In this document: one piece after another, positions 7,292-15,143 of the stretch
Position numbering within the stretch: position 1 is the first letter of the stretch
Layout: each line of letters starts with the position of its first letter
DNA from: Candidatus Iainarchaeum sp.
Lineage (GTDB): Archaea; Iainarchaeota; Iainarchaeia; Iainarchaeales; 0-14-0-20-34-12
DNA: 21,221 nt
Direction of reading: 5' to 3'
NCBI GenBank assembly: GCA_030649345.1
Contig: JAUSKK010000015.1
Location: 1-21,221 of the forward strand
Made by a program: the position numbers and the translations under genes
The notes under the pieces: model-generated
Told to the model about the DNA's origin: nothing
Seen by the model: only the letters and a program-made list of their open reading frames with translations
Databases searched by the model: none

Positions 7292-8341
7292 TTAGTTTTC
7301 AAACTCAACAGTTACTTGCGCTTGATTGTTTTCCAAGGAATCAAATTCAATACTTACTCCTAAATCAGTATCTGTAAATTTTTCATTTTCTTTAATGCAA
7401 TGGTTTTCTTGCTTTGCTTCTGGATTTTGATCCGTGTACAATAACAGGTTTTGATGTCCTGGATTGTATTCTTGGTTTTCTGTATAACATAAACTAACCA
7501 GCAAACATCCAGTTTCCGGCAATGGTTGTTTGTCATTGTCTATAATTTCTTGATCTAATCCAATGGGTTTTCTGTACTCTAAACATAAAGGATGTTTTGA
7601 ATTTGGAACTCGCAATCCTTTGATTTTTTCTTCTTTTGTTTCCAGTGCTGAAATTACATAGTTTCCATTTTCTGTAACTGTTTTAATTTCACTCCAGCCA
7701 GCCTTATATTTATCCCAAGCATTTACATGTCCTGTTCCTGAGCTCATGAAATCAAATGGATTTCCGTAATCTGCAGTTTCACAATTGGTTTCAGAGAAGA
7801 CTTTGGCGCCACAATGCAATGTTACTGGGTGTTCAAAATTAAACAATCCATGCCCTAATTCATGAGCTAAAGTTAAATAATTTAATTTTCCTTCAGGAAC
7901 TTGAATAATGTCAGTATTGCTAATTTTGTTTCTGTGAGTAAATGTACTTTCAATAAAACCAAGTTCTTGTTCATTGCTGGAATTGATTTGGGTTGGATAA
8001 AAAATCAATGCATGGGTATCCCGTGAAGGATTGCAAGAAGAATAAGCTAACTCTAACATTTCATTAACTGTAGTTCCTGTGGAATTGCTTTGGGCATTTT
8101 TGTATTCAAATTGTAAATTTACTTTTTCGTACGATATTTCTTTGTAAAATTTTTGAATTTTTTCTGCAATCTGAATTAGTTCTTGTGTTGTTTTATTTAA
8201 CGAGTTTTCTTTCCAGTTGATTAAGCAAATTTGGATTTTAAAATTTTGAATTGAATTTTCCGGCAAAGTTTGTGGATTATCCAATGGTTGAAGACAGCCT
8301 AAACTTAAAATTAGTAAAATAATTAAACATTTGAATTTCAT
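7292..8341 (-). CDS. Secreted/lipoprotein zinc metalloprotease (HExxH, metzincin-like)
   Basis: 349 aa. The N-terminus MKFKCLIILLILSLGC carries a signal peptide and a lipobox-like Cys. The active-site motif is LAHELGHGLFNFEHP. Several Cys residues are consistent with an extracellular protein. Confidence 0.7.
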   Translation of the reverse strand: MKFKCLIILLILSLGCLQPLDNPQTLPENSIQNFKIQICLINWKENSLNKTTQELIQIAEKIQKFYKEISYEKVNLQFEYKNAQSNSTGTTVNEMLELAYSSCNPSRDTHALIFYPTQINSSNEQELGFIESTFTHRNKISNTDIIQVPEGKLNYLTLAHELGHGLFNFEHPVTLHCGAKVFSETNCETADYGNPFDFMSSGTGHVNAWDKYKAGWSEIKTVTENGNYVISALETKEEKIKGLRVPNSKHPLCLEYRKPIGLDQEIIDNDKQPLPETGCLLVSLCYTENQEYNPGHQNLLLYTDQNPEAKQENHCIKENEKFTDTDLGVSIEFDSLENNQAQVTVEFEN

Positions 8342-8365
8342 GCATTTATTTGAATTTTTATATAA

Positions 8366-9967
8366 TTAAACTTTTCTGAATGCTTGTTTGACTTTTTCAA
8401 TTCCAAATGCATGAATGAGTGTTCCAATTTTTGGACCTCGGTCTTTGTTGATTAAAAGCAAATACAATGCTTTAAACAAGTCTTTGGGTTGAATATTGTT
8501 TCCTTTGGCTGTTTCAAAAACCATTTGCTGTATTTCTTCAGCTGTTTGTTTTGTCTGCATTTTTTCGCTTAAACTCAAAATGCATTTTTTGATTTCATTG
8601 GTTGCAAATGCAGTAAATTCTTGTGAAGGATTTTCTTGGAATTTGATTTTGGATTGTTCTTGTGCATATTTTTCAATCCAATATTGGCATCTTAAAAGTT
8701 TTTCCGAGAATTTGTGTTTGTCACTTTCTGCTAATTTTTCTTTCACATGCCCAGAAGTCAACAAAATTTCTTCTAATTTATTTATGTCTTTTTTTGGATC
8801 CAAAATTTGTGCCAGTAATGTTGCGAAACCAAAACTAATTTGAGCCGGCATTTTTTCAGAAGGTTTTTCCAATAAAGATAATTCGTATTCTCGTTTAATT
8901 TTATGCGTTAATTTTTCTGCTTGAGTTGAATCCAATCCATAATAGATTCGTTCGGCTCGTTCAAAATTTTCATTCAATAAAACAAATGAATTGTCATCAA
9001 AACCAAATTCTATGCTGGATTGTGGTTTGTGGGAGAAAATCATGAATCTAAATAATTCTGGGCTGGCTGTTTTTTCCCATTCTTTTAAGCTAATTACATT
9101 TCCGGCACTTCCAGACATTTTGGCTCCGCCTTTTAATTGAATGAATTCAGTTGGAAATTGTACCGGTGGATCTTTTTTGAATACTTCTTTGCATAAAACT
9201 CTTCCAACATCTACACTTCCACCTTTACTGAAATGGTCTTTTCCTCCGCTTTCAAAACTAACTCCATAGTGTACCCAGTGCGCTACCCAATGAACTCTCC
9301 AATGAAGTTTTGCATTTCCATTAAATGGCTTAATTTCTCCTTGAGCATTGCAGTACGTGCAGACATAGTTGACTGTTTTTCCATTCCAGTTGCTGACATT
9401 GCCAGTAATTTTTTTACAATCTGGGCACAATACTTGAATGGGTAAAAATGTTTCTTCTTTTTTGGATTTAGCAATTTCTGTCCAAATTTTTACAATTTCT
9501 TTAGCATGGTCTAAAGCAAAAATGATTGTATCATTGTAGATTCCTTGCTGGTATTCTTCAAATGCACTCACAATTTCTAATTGAACTCCATATTTGGGTA
9601 AAATTTCTGGAATTTCGCTGGTAAAATAATCCGCCCAACTTTTATATCCTGGAAAAGGACTGGGTGCCAAATAGCAAGGCTTTCCGATATACTCTGGTTG
9701 TTCACTTTCTTTGACTGGAACTCCTGCTGGAATTTTGTCAATGGCATCAAAGTCATCGGCAATAAATCTTTGATGTACTTTGTATCCTTTGCTTTCCAAT
9801 GCTTTGCGTACAGAATATGGTGTAAATATTTCTGGTCTGGAATTTCCAATATGAAAATAGCCTGAAGGAGTCCACATTCCATGAACTGTAAAGGGTGCTT
9901 TTTTTTGAGCAATGACTTCTTCAGCAACTTTATCTGCCCAGGATGTAACTTCAATTTCTTCACTCAT
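8366..9967 (-). CDS. lysS: Class I lysyl-tRNA synthetase
   Basis: 533 aa. It has a HIGH-type motif (GYFHIGNSRPE), a KMSKS-type motif (KMSGSAGNVI) and an internal Cys cluster (CPDC...CTYC), the architecture of archaeal class I LysRS. Confidence 0.9.
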   Translation of the reverse strand: MSEEIEVTSWADKVAEEVIAQKKAPFTVHGMWTPSGYFHIGNSRPEIFTPYSVRKALESKGYKVHQRFIADDFDAIDKIPAGVPVKESEQPEYIGKPCYLAPSPFPGYKSWADYFTSEIPEILPKYGVQLEIVSAFEEYQQGIYNDTIIFALDHAKEIVKIWTEIAKSKKEETFLPIQVLCPDCKKITGNVSNWNGKTVNYVCTYCNAQGEIKPFNGNAKLHWRVHWVAHWVHYGVSFESGGKDHFSKGGSVDVGRVLCKEVFKKDPPVQFPTEFIQLKGGAKMSGSAGNVISLKEWEKTASPELFRFMIFSHKPQSSIEFGFDDNSFVLLNENFERAERIYYGLDSTQAEKLTHKIKREYELSLLEKPSEKMPAQISFGFATLLAQILDPKKDINKLEEILLTSGHVKEKLAESDKHKFSEKLLRCQYWIEKYAQEQSKIKFQENPSQEFTAFATNEIKKCILSLSEKMQTKQTAEEIQQMVFETAKGNNIQPKDLFKALYLLLINKDRGPKIGTLIHAFGIEKVKQAFRKV

Positions 9968-10040
9968 TATTTATTCAAACTCCAATACTTTAATAAAAGT
10001 AATTTATTTTGCCTTAAGTCTAAGTTATTTTGATCTATGC

Positions 10041-10931
10041 CTAAGTCTTGGATTGTTTTGCTTTTCGTCTAGGTCTTGGATCTATTTCTTGCCACATATC
10101 ATTGGTTCGAATTCTGTAAAATTTCTTTAAATCCACTGGCTGATTTCCTATGCGTTCAATTACAATAAAACGATTGCGTCCCAAAGTTCCGCGTTTTCGT
10201 TTAGGATCCTGTCCGCGTTTAGCTAAAGCTTCCCGCATCCACTTATCATACTTTATTTGAATTCGGACTTTTTTTACTTTTAATTTAAAACCATGTCTTT
10301 GAAAATATTCTTGTATGTGTTTTTCGTCTTTTCCTAAAAAATAAGCCGGCACTTGCAGTATTGCTTTTCCGCCTGGATTTAATCCATTGGCAATTACTTC
10401 CAATGCGCGAGCTCGGTCTATGACATATCTCATGCTTTGAAATGAAAAAATAAAATCTTGTCCAGCTAATTTTAATCCTTCAATTAATCCTACGCGTACT
10501 TTTACTGTAGGAACATGGCCTGTTATAGTTCCAATAATGGACTGACTTCCTCTTGTATGTAAAATACTTCTTCCTTCAATTTCATCTTTTCCAGCTGCTT
10601 GATTGGCTGCTTTTTGGGTTAAAGTAATTCCATCCACTTCTGCAATATTTCCGCGAAAAAGTTTTAATGCACGTAAACTATGGCCTTCTCCAGTTCCAAC
10701 TTCAAATACTTTAACTTTTCTTCCAAGTTTTCGATGCAAATTGTCTACTTCTTTAATTACATTCATTCCAGGCGTTGGACTTTCTAAGTCTACAAGTCGT
10801 CGTGTAGTTTGCCAAGTATGTGAAAGTCTTCCTTCTTCAATTGCACGGTATTGTTTTATTTTGTCCGCAATTGCTTTTCTTTCCGGTGTTCCTTTTTTTA
10901 CATGCGGAAATGCTTTTTGTCTTTGAATCAT
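10041..10931 (-). CDS. Class I SAM-dependent methyltransferase with a basic C-terminal tail; substrate unknown
   Basis: 296 aa. Motif I is VFEVGTGEGHS, with a later LNPGGKAIL motif. The Lys/Arg-rich tail is ...PRPRRKAKQSKT. Confidence 0.7.
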   Translation of the reverse strand: MIQRQKAFPHVKKGTPERKAIADKIKQYRAIEEGRLSHTWQTTRRLVDLESPTPGMNVIKEVDNLHRKLGRKVKVFEVGTGEGHSLRALKLFRGNIAEVDGITLTQKAANQAAGKDEIEGRSILHTRGSQSIIGTITGHVPTVKVRVGLIEGLKLAGQDFIFSFQSMRYVIDRARALEVIANGLNPGGKAILQVPAYFLGKDEKHIQEYFQRHGFKLKVKKVRIQIKYDKWMREALAKRGQDPKRKRGTLGRNRFIVIERIGNQPVDLKKFYRIRTNDMWQEIDPRPRRKAKQSKT

Positions 10932-11042
10932 TTAAAATTCCCCTTAAGAATTTTAAAAGTTATAAATTTCTGTTGAATTTTATAATTATGAAAATCTATA
11001 AAATTTTCATAAGTTTTTAAATTTCGTAAATTTAAAATCATT
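10932..11042 (-). promoter_or_regulatory. Copy A of a duplicated ~111-nt promoter/5'-leader module (upstream of the methyltransferase)
   Basis: It fills the whole FEN1-stop to methyltransferase-ATG spacer. By my hand alignment it is roughly 80% identical to 12069-12180. It contains the palindrome TTATGAAAAT(10986-10995)-CTATAAA-ATTTTCATAA(11003-11012) and AGGGGAATTTTAAATG (SD-like plus start). Confidence 0.6.
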
Positions 11043-12068
11043 TTATCCCCATTGACTGAGTGCTGTTTGGTTTCCTTTTTCTTGTGCCTTGGCAGTAATT
11101 TTATTAATTGCATTTTTGACTCGTTCTTCTGAAAAATCATGTTGTCCGCACAAAAAATCAATCAATCTTTCAGTATCAGGTTCTTTGAATTGAATTTTGT
11201 AATCTAGATTGTAATCTGGATTCAAAAAAATGTTTTCAACTTCTTTCCAGTCAAATTCTGGTTCAAATTCAGTTTTTTTAATAATTTCTTCAAACGAATT
11301 ATTTTCCTGCACTAACTTCAAAGCTTTTTTTGGGCCGATGTTTGGAAATTTTTCATTAAAATCTGTGCCCAGCAATAAAGCCAGCCAGATTAATTTTTCG
11401 CGAGAAATATTTAAACTTTTTAAAGTATCCGGCAAACCAATCAATTCAGTTTTGACATCAATGTATACATTTTTGTTGGGTAATTTTTTTCTTCCAGTCA
11501 CAGTTAAATTTTTTATCAAAAAAGGAGCTCCAAACAATAAGCTATCATAATCTTGGCTGCCGACTCCAAAAATTTCTCCTTGAGCACACATTACAGCCAG
11601 CTGTGCTTCGCCTTCGCTTTTTGCCTGCACCACTGGCAAGCCCATATATTCAACTAATTTTTTGGCTTCATTCACCATTTCTTCAGTTAAACGCATGGAT
11701 TGCTGAGAATATTTTCTTATGCCTTCTAAATCTCCATCTGTTCTGGCTTTTTCCAATTTTATTCCAGCATCAGTTCGAATTTTGATGCGTTCTTGAATTG
11801 TTTTTGCTTTCAATTCATGGTGTTTTCCATCAAATGCAAAAACTGGTTTGACTCCAGCTTCCAATAAATTTACAGTCCGATACAATAAGCCAGTAATGTG
11901 GCTGGTGACTTTTCCTTTAGAATCCATTAAAGGCTGGCCATCCCGTGAACGAATACTAGACAAAAATTGATACAATACATTATAGGAATCAATTCCAATT
12001 TTTTTGCCTTGCAAATCAGACATTTCAATTTCTTTCTTAGAAACCAGCTGCCCTAAATTAACACCCAT
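11043..12068 (-). CDS. fen: Flap endonuclease 1 (FEN-1)
   Basis: 341 aa. The sequence MGVNLGQLV...GKKIGIDSYNVLYQFLSSIRSRDGQPLMDSKGKVTSHITGLLYRTVNLLEAGVKPVFAFDGK... is classic FEN1 N and I domains. The C-terminus QTALSQWG is PIP-box-like. Confidence 0.95.
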   Translation of the reverse strand: MGVNLGQLVSKKEIEMSDLQGKKIGIDSYNVLYQFLSSIRSRDGQPLMDSKGKVTSHITGLLYRTVNLLEAGVKPVFAFDGKHHELKAKTIQERIKIRTDAGIKLEKARTDGDLEGIRKYSQQSMRLTEEMVNEAKKLVEYMGLPVVQAKSEGEAQLAVMCAQGEIFGVGSQDYDSLLFGAPFLIKNLTVTGRKKLPNKNVYIDVKTELIGLPDTLKSLNISREKLIWLALLLGTDFNEKFPNIGPKKALKLVQENNSFEEIIKKTEFEPEFDWKEVENIFLNPDYNLDYKIQFKEPDTERLIDFLCGQHDFSEERVKNAINKITAKAQEKGNQTALSQWG

Positions 12069-12180
12069 TTAAAATTCCTCCAGGAATTCTAAAGCAATAA
12101 AATTCTTTTGAATTTTATGATTTTGAAAATTATTTAAATTTTCAAAAGTTTTAAAATTTTCTTGAAATTTTAAACCCATT
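12069..12180 (-). promoter_or_regulatory. Copy B of the duplicated promoter/5'-leader module (upstream of FEN1)
   Basis: It starts right after the FEN1 ATG. It contains the palindrome TTTTGAAAAT(12121-12130)-TATTTAA-ATTTTCAAAA(12138-12147) and GGAGGAATTTTAAATG (SD plus start). Confidence 0.6.
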
Positions 12181-12392
12181 CAATATCATCTCGGTTACAA
12201 ATACCATACAATTGCCGAAAACTTCATTAATACTATATCCTTTCTTTCCTAAAAAATACGAAGTCCGTCATAATGACGTAATTCTTTCCTTTACTGCCGA
12301 TTATTCGGATTTTATTCAAATTTTTTTATTTTTTTCAGATTTTATACGAATTTAGCAAAAGATATTTATATAACTGTAGGTACTATATATTA

Positions 12393-12508
12393 GTGCAATA
12401 AAATGCACTGAACTTAGTTTGATGAGCCTATCCCGATTTAATGGCTAAGTTCGAAGAAACCAACTCTCTTAGCTCTTGGGAAAAACTTTCGGGTTTTTCC
12501 CCTATTTT
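12393..12508 (+). ncRNA. Candidate ~115-nt small RNA (promoter-to-terminator unit); class unknown
   Basis: - A TATA-like TTTATATA (12365-12372) preceded by purine-rich AAAAGA lies about 22-25 nt upstream.
- Hairpins: GTGCA/TGCAC (12393-12408) and GAACTTAG/CTAAGTTC (12410-12452, loop containing TGATGA).
- A perfect 9-bp stem GGGAAAAAC/GTTTTTCCC (12478-12501) is followed by CTATTTTG. Confidence 0.35.
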
Positions 12509-12572
12509 GCAATTCTAGTTTGAACTATTTTTCAGCCAAGATTCTTAAATTTTTAGTTTATACAATGTATAG

Positions 12573-12950
12573 ATGGATATGGGTGAATGTGAAGTTTGCG
12601 GCAAAAATGATGCAAGTTTAGTTTCCATTGAATTGGAAGGAGCTATTTTGCTGGCGTGTGTAAATTGCAGTTCTTTGGGTAAAAAAATTGAAATTCCTTC
12701 TTTGAATAAAAATTTGAATTTTTCGTACAAATTTTCTTCCAAAGAAATGTCTTTAGGTTTAGACTTACCGGATGATTTAGGAAAACGTTTAAAGCAGGCG
12801 CGTGAAAAATCCAATTTAACTTTCAAGGATTTGGGTTTAAAGGTTTTTGAAAAGCCTACTTTATTGCAGAAAATTGAATCCGGGCATTTTAAACCAAGTG
12901 ATTCTTTAATTCGAAAACTTGAAAAAGTATTGCAGGTTAAATTACATTAA
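12573..12950 (+). CDS. mbf1: Archaeal MBF1-type transcription factor (N-terminal zinc ribbon plus C-terminal Cro/C1 HTH)
   Basis: 125 aa. The zinc ribbon is CEVCGKND...CVNCSS. The HTH region is LGKRLKQAREKSNLTFKDLGLKVFEKPTLLQKIESGHFKPSDSLIRKLEKVL. Confidence 0.8.
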   Translation: MDMGECEVCGKNDASLVSIELEGAILLACVNCSSLGKKIEIPSLNKNLNFSYKFSSKEMSLGLDLPDDLGKRLKQAREKSNLTFKDLGLKVFEKPTLLQKIESGHFKPSDSLIRKLEKVLQVKLH

Positions 12951-12961
12951 GGTTTTGAAAA

Positions 12962-14386
12962 ATGTCTTTTTTTGAAAGTTTTGAATTCTCATTGATCTTA
13001 GTCATTATTTTTCTTTTGGGTTCTACTTTTTTAATTAAAAAATTTATTAAAACTTCGAAAACATTTTATATTTTTTCCATGATTAAAACTACGCGTTTTA
13101 ATCCAATTTTGGAAAAATTTACTTTTTTAGGAAAATTTTTAGACTTCATGGCCTATGTTGGCTTGATTTTAGGTTTTGGTGTTTTTGGAGCAGATTACTT
13201 GTTTGCTCGAAATCAAAAATCTAAACTTAAACGCATTTCCATTATTGTGCTCTGTTTTTTTGTATTATATTTTTTATTTCAATTTTTGTTGTCTCCTTTG
13301 TTTGCTTCGAATCCCAGTACAGCTCAGTTTAGTTTTTGGTTTCCAGTAGTTTTTGGAATTTTTGGCTTGGCTGGTTTTACTTTATTTTCACTTGCAGTCA
13401 ATGCATTTGATATCATTCTTAAAATATTTTTGGGAAAAAAAGCTTGTCCTGGTGTAGCTCCTTTAATTCCAGGTGTGCAAATTCCGAATGTGCCTATAGT
13501 TGTTCCGTTTATTGCTTGGATTCCTTTGTTTTTGATTTTAATTATTCATGAAGGTTTTCATGGAATTCAAGCCAGGAGAGAAAAAATTAAAGTCAAAAGC
13601 ACTGGCTTGTTGTTGGCTGGTTTGTTTCCAATTGGTGCTTTTGTGGAACCGGATGAAAATCAATTAAAGCATAAATCTAAATTAGCGCAATTAAGAGTCT
13701 TTGCCAATGGTGCAACCTCGAATATGTTTTCTATTTTTGCTATGCTGGCTTTAGCCCTGCTGTTGGTTCCTATATTGACTCCTATGCAAAATGAATTAAT
13801 TTCTGCCCGAATTAATGCAGTAGACTCTGTGATTATTTCTGATGTATCCGAAACCACTGAATTTTGCGGGGATACGTATTCTAATTCTGCATTTAATAAT
13901 TTAGAAAAAGGAATGCAAATTCGTTCCGTAAATTCTGTTCCTGTTCATTCCATTGTAGAAGTTCAAACCCAGATTGCTGAAGTTCGTCAAAACAATCAAG
14001 AACTTGTTTTAGGCGTTCAATCTGTATCCAATGAATTATCTGAAAAGAAATTAACTCCCAATCCTTTGGGCCGGTATGGTTTTAGTATGGAAGAAAAACT
14101 TAACCCAGGTTTTGTTTTTTCAGAAGATTATTTTTGGAAAGCTGCTTTTTTGAATGCCATTTATACAATCATTAATTGGTTTGTTATTTTGAGTTTATTG
14201 ATTGCAATTGTAAATTTTTTGCCCATGGATCCATTTGACGGCGGAAAAATGGCCCGTATTATTTATTTGCCGTATCTTTCTTTCCTGAATTTACCGCCCA
14301 AGCAAACAGAAAAATTTTTTCAGAGATTTATTTTATGGCTGGTATTAGTCTTGTTTTTCTTGAATGCTTTGCCTTTGTTTTTATAA
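12962..14386 (+). CDS. Site-2 protease family (M50) intramembrane metalloprotease with a PDZ-like insert
   Basis: 474 aa and multi-TM. It has HEGFHG (HExxH) in a TM segment and NFLPMDPFDGG (the NxxPxxxxDG motif). A soluble insert (GMQIRSVNSVPVHS...) lies between them. It starts 11 nt after the mbf1 stop. Confidence 0.85.
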   Translation: MSFFESFEFSLILVIIFLLGSTFLIKKFIKTSKTFYIFSMIKTTRFNPILEKFTFLGKFLDFMAYVGLILGFGVFGADYLFARNQKSKLKRISIIVLCFFVLYFLFQFLLSPLFASNPSTAQFSFWFPVVFGIFGLAGFTLFSLAVNAFDIILKIFLGKKACPGVAPLIPGVQIPNVPIVVPFIAWIPLFLILIIHEGFHGIQARREKIKVKSTGLLLAGLFPIGAFVEPDENQLKHKSKLAQLRVFANGATSNMFSIFAMLALALLLVPILTPMQNELISARINAVDSVIISDVSETTEFCGDTYSNSAFNNLEKGMQIRSVNSVPVHSIVEVQTQIAEVRQNNQELVLGVQSVSNELSEKKLTPNPLGRYGFSMEEKLNPGFVFSEDYFWKAAFLNAIYTIINWFVILSLLIAIVNFLPMDPFDGGKMARIIYLPYLSFLNLPPKQTEKFFQRFILWLVLVLFFLNALPLFL

Positions 14387-14393
14387 TTTGAAC

Positions 14394-15095
14394 TTATTTA
14401 GGAAACCGTGTTCGGATAGTTCGATTCATGGTTCGTTTAATATTTCTTTTTTGCAAAAATAATGCTTTTCGTTTGGCTAAATGTTCTTCCAATAATTTTG
14501 GTTCACTGCGCAATCTTTTTTCGTAAGCAGGATCGTCTTTTGGAATTTTTTTCCCAATTCGTTCGCTTGGAATTGGTTTTCGTTTTGGATAAATTACTTG
14601 ATCAAATGCTCCTTGATCTTGAACATCTGGTTTGTACATCGCTATAGCTGAGATTCGTGGAACTTTTAAATCTCTGAGTTGTTGTTTTACAAAATTAGTC
14701 ATTTGCCCGGATTGTCCTTCAAAAACTAAAACAAGCGTATGTCCTAAATGACTTAAATCGTTTCTTCCTCTTTGCTTGGGGTATCTTGTTTTGATTGCAT
14801 TTAAAATAGTTTGAGTAAATCGTTTGGGGTCTGCCTGCATGTCTGCACTGACAGTCCAAGCTGTGCCCAATCTAAAAATACTGTTTCCCAGCGAAAAAAT
14901 TTCCGGCAAAGAATCTTTTGGATGTTTTCGAGACCATGTTTTCTTAAACAAATATTTAGCCCAAAAATCCTGCGAAGAAGGAAATACGATAGTTTGAACT
15001 TTGTGTTCTCGAACAAACTGAATTACTTGTTCAATTCCATCTACTAGTTCCTTGCTTGTATTGTAGCCTAAAGGATCAATTTTTTGTTTGCTCAT
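14394..15095 (-). CDS. Hypothetical cytosolic protein with a strongly basic C-terminal tail
   Basis: 233 aa with no signal peptide. It lies 48 nt downstream of the 1166-aa gene on the same strand. There is a faint phosphoribosyltransferase-like pattern (TLVLVFEGQSGQMT), which is too weak to call. Confidence 0.5.
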   Translation of the reverse strand: MSKQKIDPLGYNTSKELVDGIEQVIQFVREHKVQTIVFPSSQDFWAKYLFKKTWSRKHPKDSLPEIFSLGNSIFRLGTAWTVSADMQADPKRFTQTILNAIKTRYPKQRGRNDLSHLGHTLVLVFEGQSGQMTNFVKQQLRDLKVPRISAIAMYKPDVQDQGAFDQVIYPKRKPIPSERIGKKIPKDDPAYEKRLRSEPKLLEEHLAKRKALFLQKRNIKRTMNRTIRTRFPK

Positions 15096-15143
15096 TATTC
15101 ATTTTATTAATTAAAGTATTTATATTTTAATTTGAAAATTTCT

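Noticed and set aside
8496-9963. ORFs 8496..8843(+), 9233..9445(+), 9283..9474(-) and 9577..9963(-)
   Set aside because: All lie inside the class I LysRS gene in other frames or on the other strand.
10011-10082. Short repeated strings GCCTTAAGTCT / GCCTAAGTCT / TCTAGGTCTTGGA around the methyltransferase stop codon
   Set aside because: They are only 10-13 nt long and partly coding. They are explainable by the Lys/Arg-rich tail codons and by chance, and no structure or function is evident.
10603-11161. ORFs 10603..10926(+), 10820..11020(+) and 10928..11161(-)
   Set aside because: They are antisense to the methyltransferase or run across the AT-rich intergenic module into the FEN1 3' end. Their peptides are low-complexity (K/F/I/N-rich).
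12441-12518. 25-aa ORF MAKFEETNSLSSWEKLSGFSPILQF inside the candidate sRNA
   Set aside because: It has no SD-like sequence, it spans the terminator-like hairpin, and it is too short to support from sequence alone. It is noted as the alternative explanation in the sRNA finding.
12511-12526. AATTCTAG(TTT)GAACT about 60 nt upstream of mbf1, resembling AATTCTAGAACT (20232-20243) about 55-65 nt upstream of deoA; considered as a shared promoter motif
   Set aside because: There are only two short AT-rich matches with an indel. That is not distinguishable from chance without genome-wide motif statistics.
12545-12826. 93-aa minus-strand ORF
   Set aside because: It is antisense to the clearly recognisable mbf1 gene.
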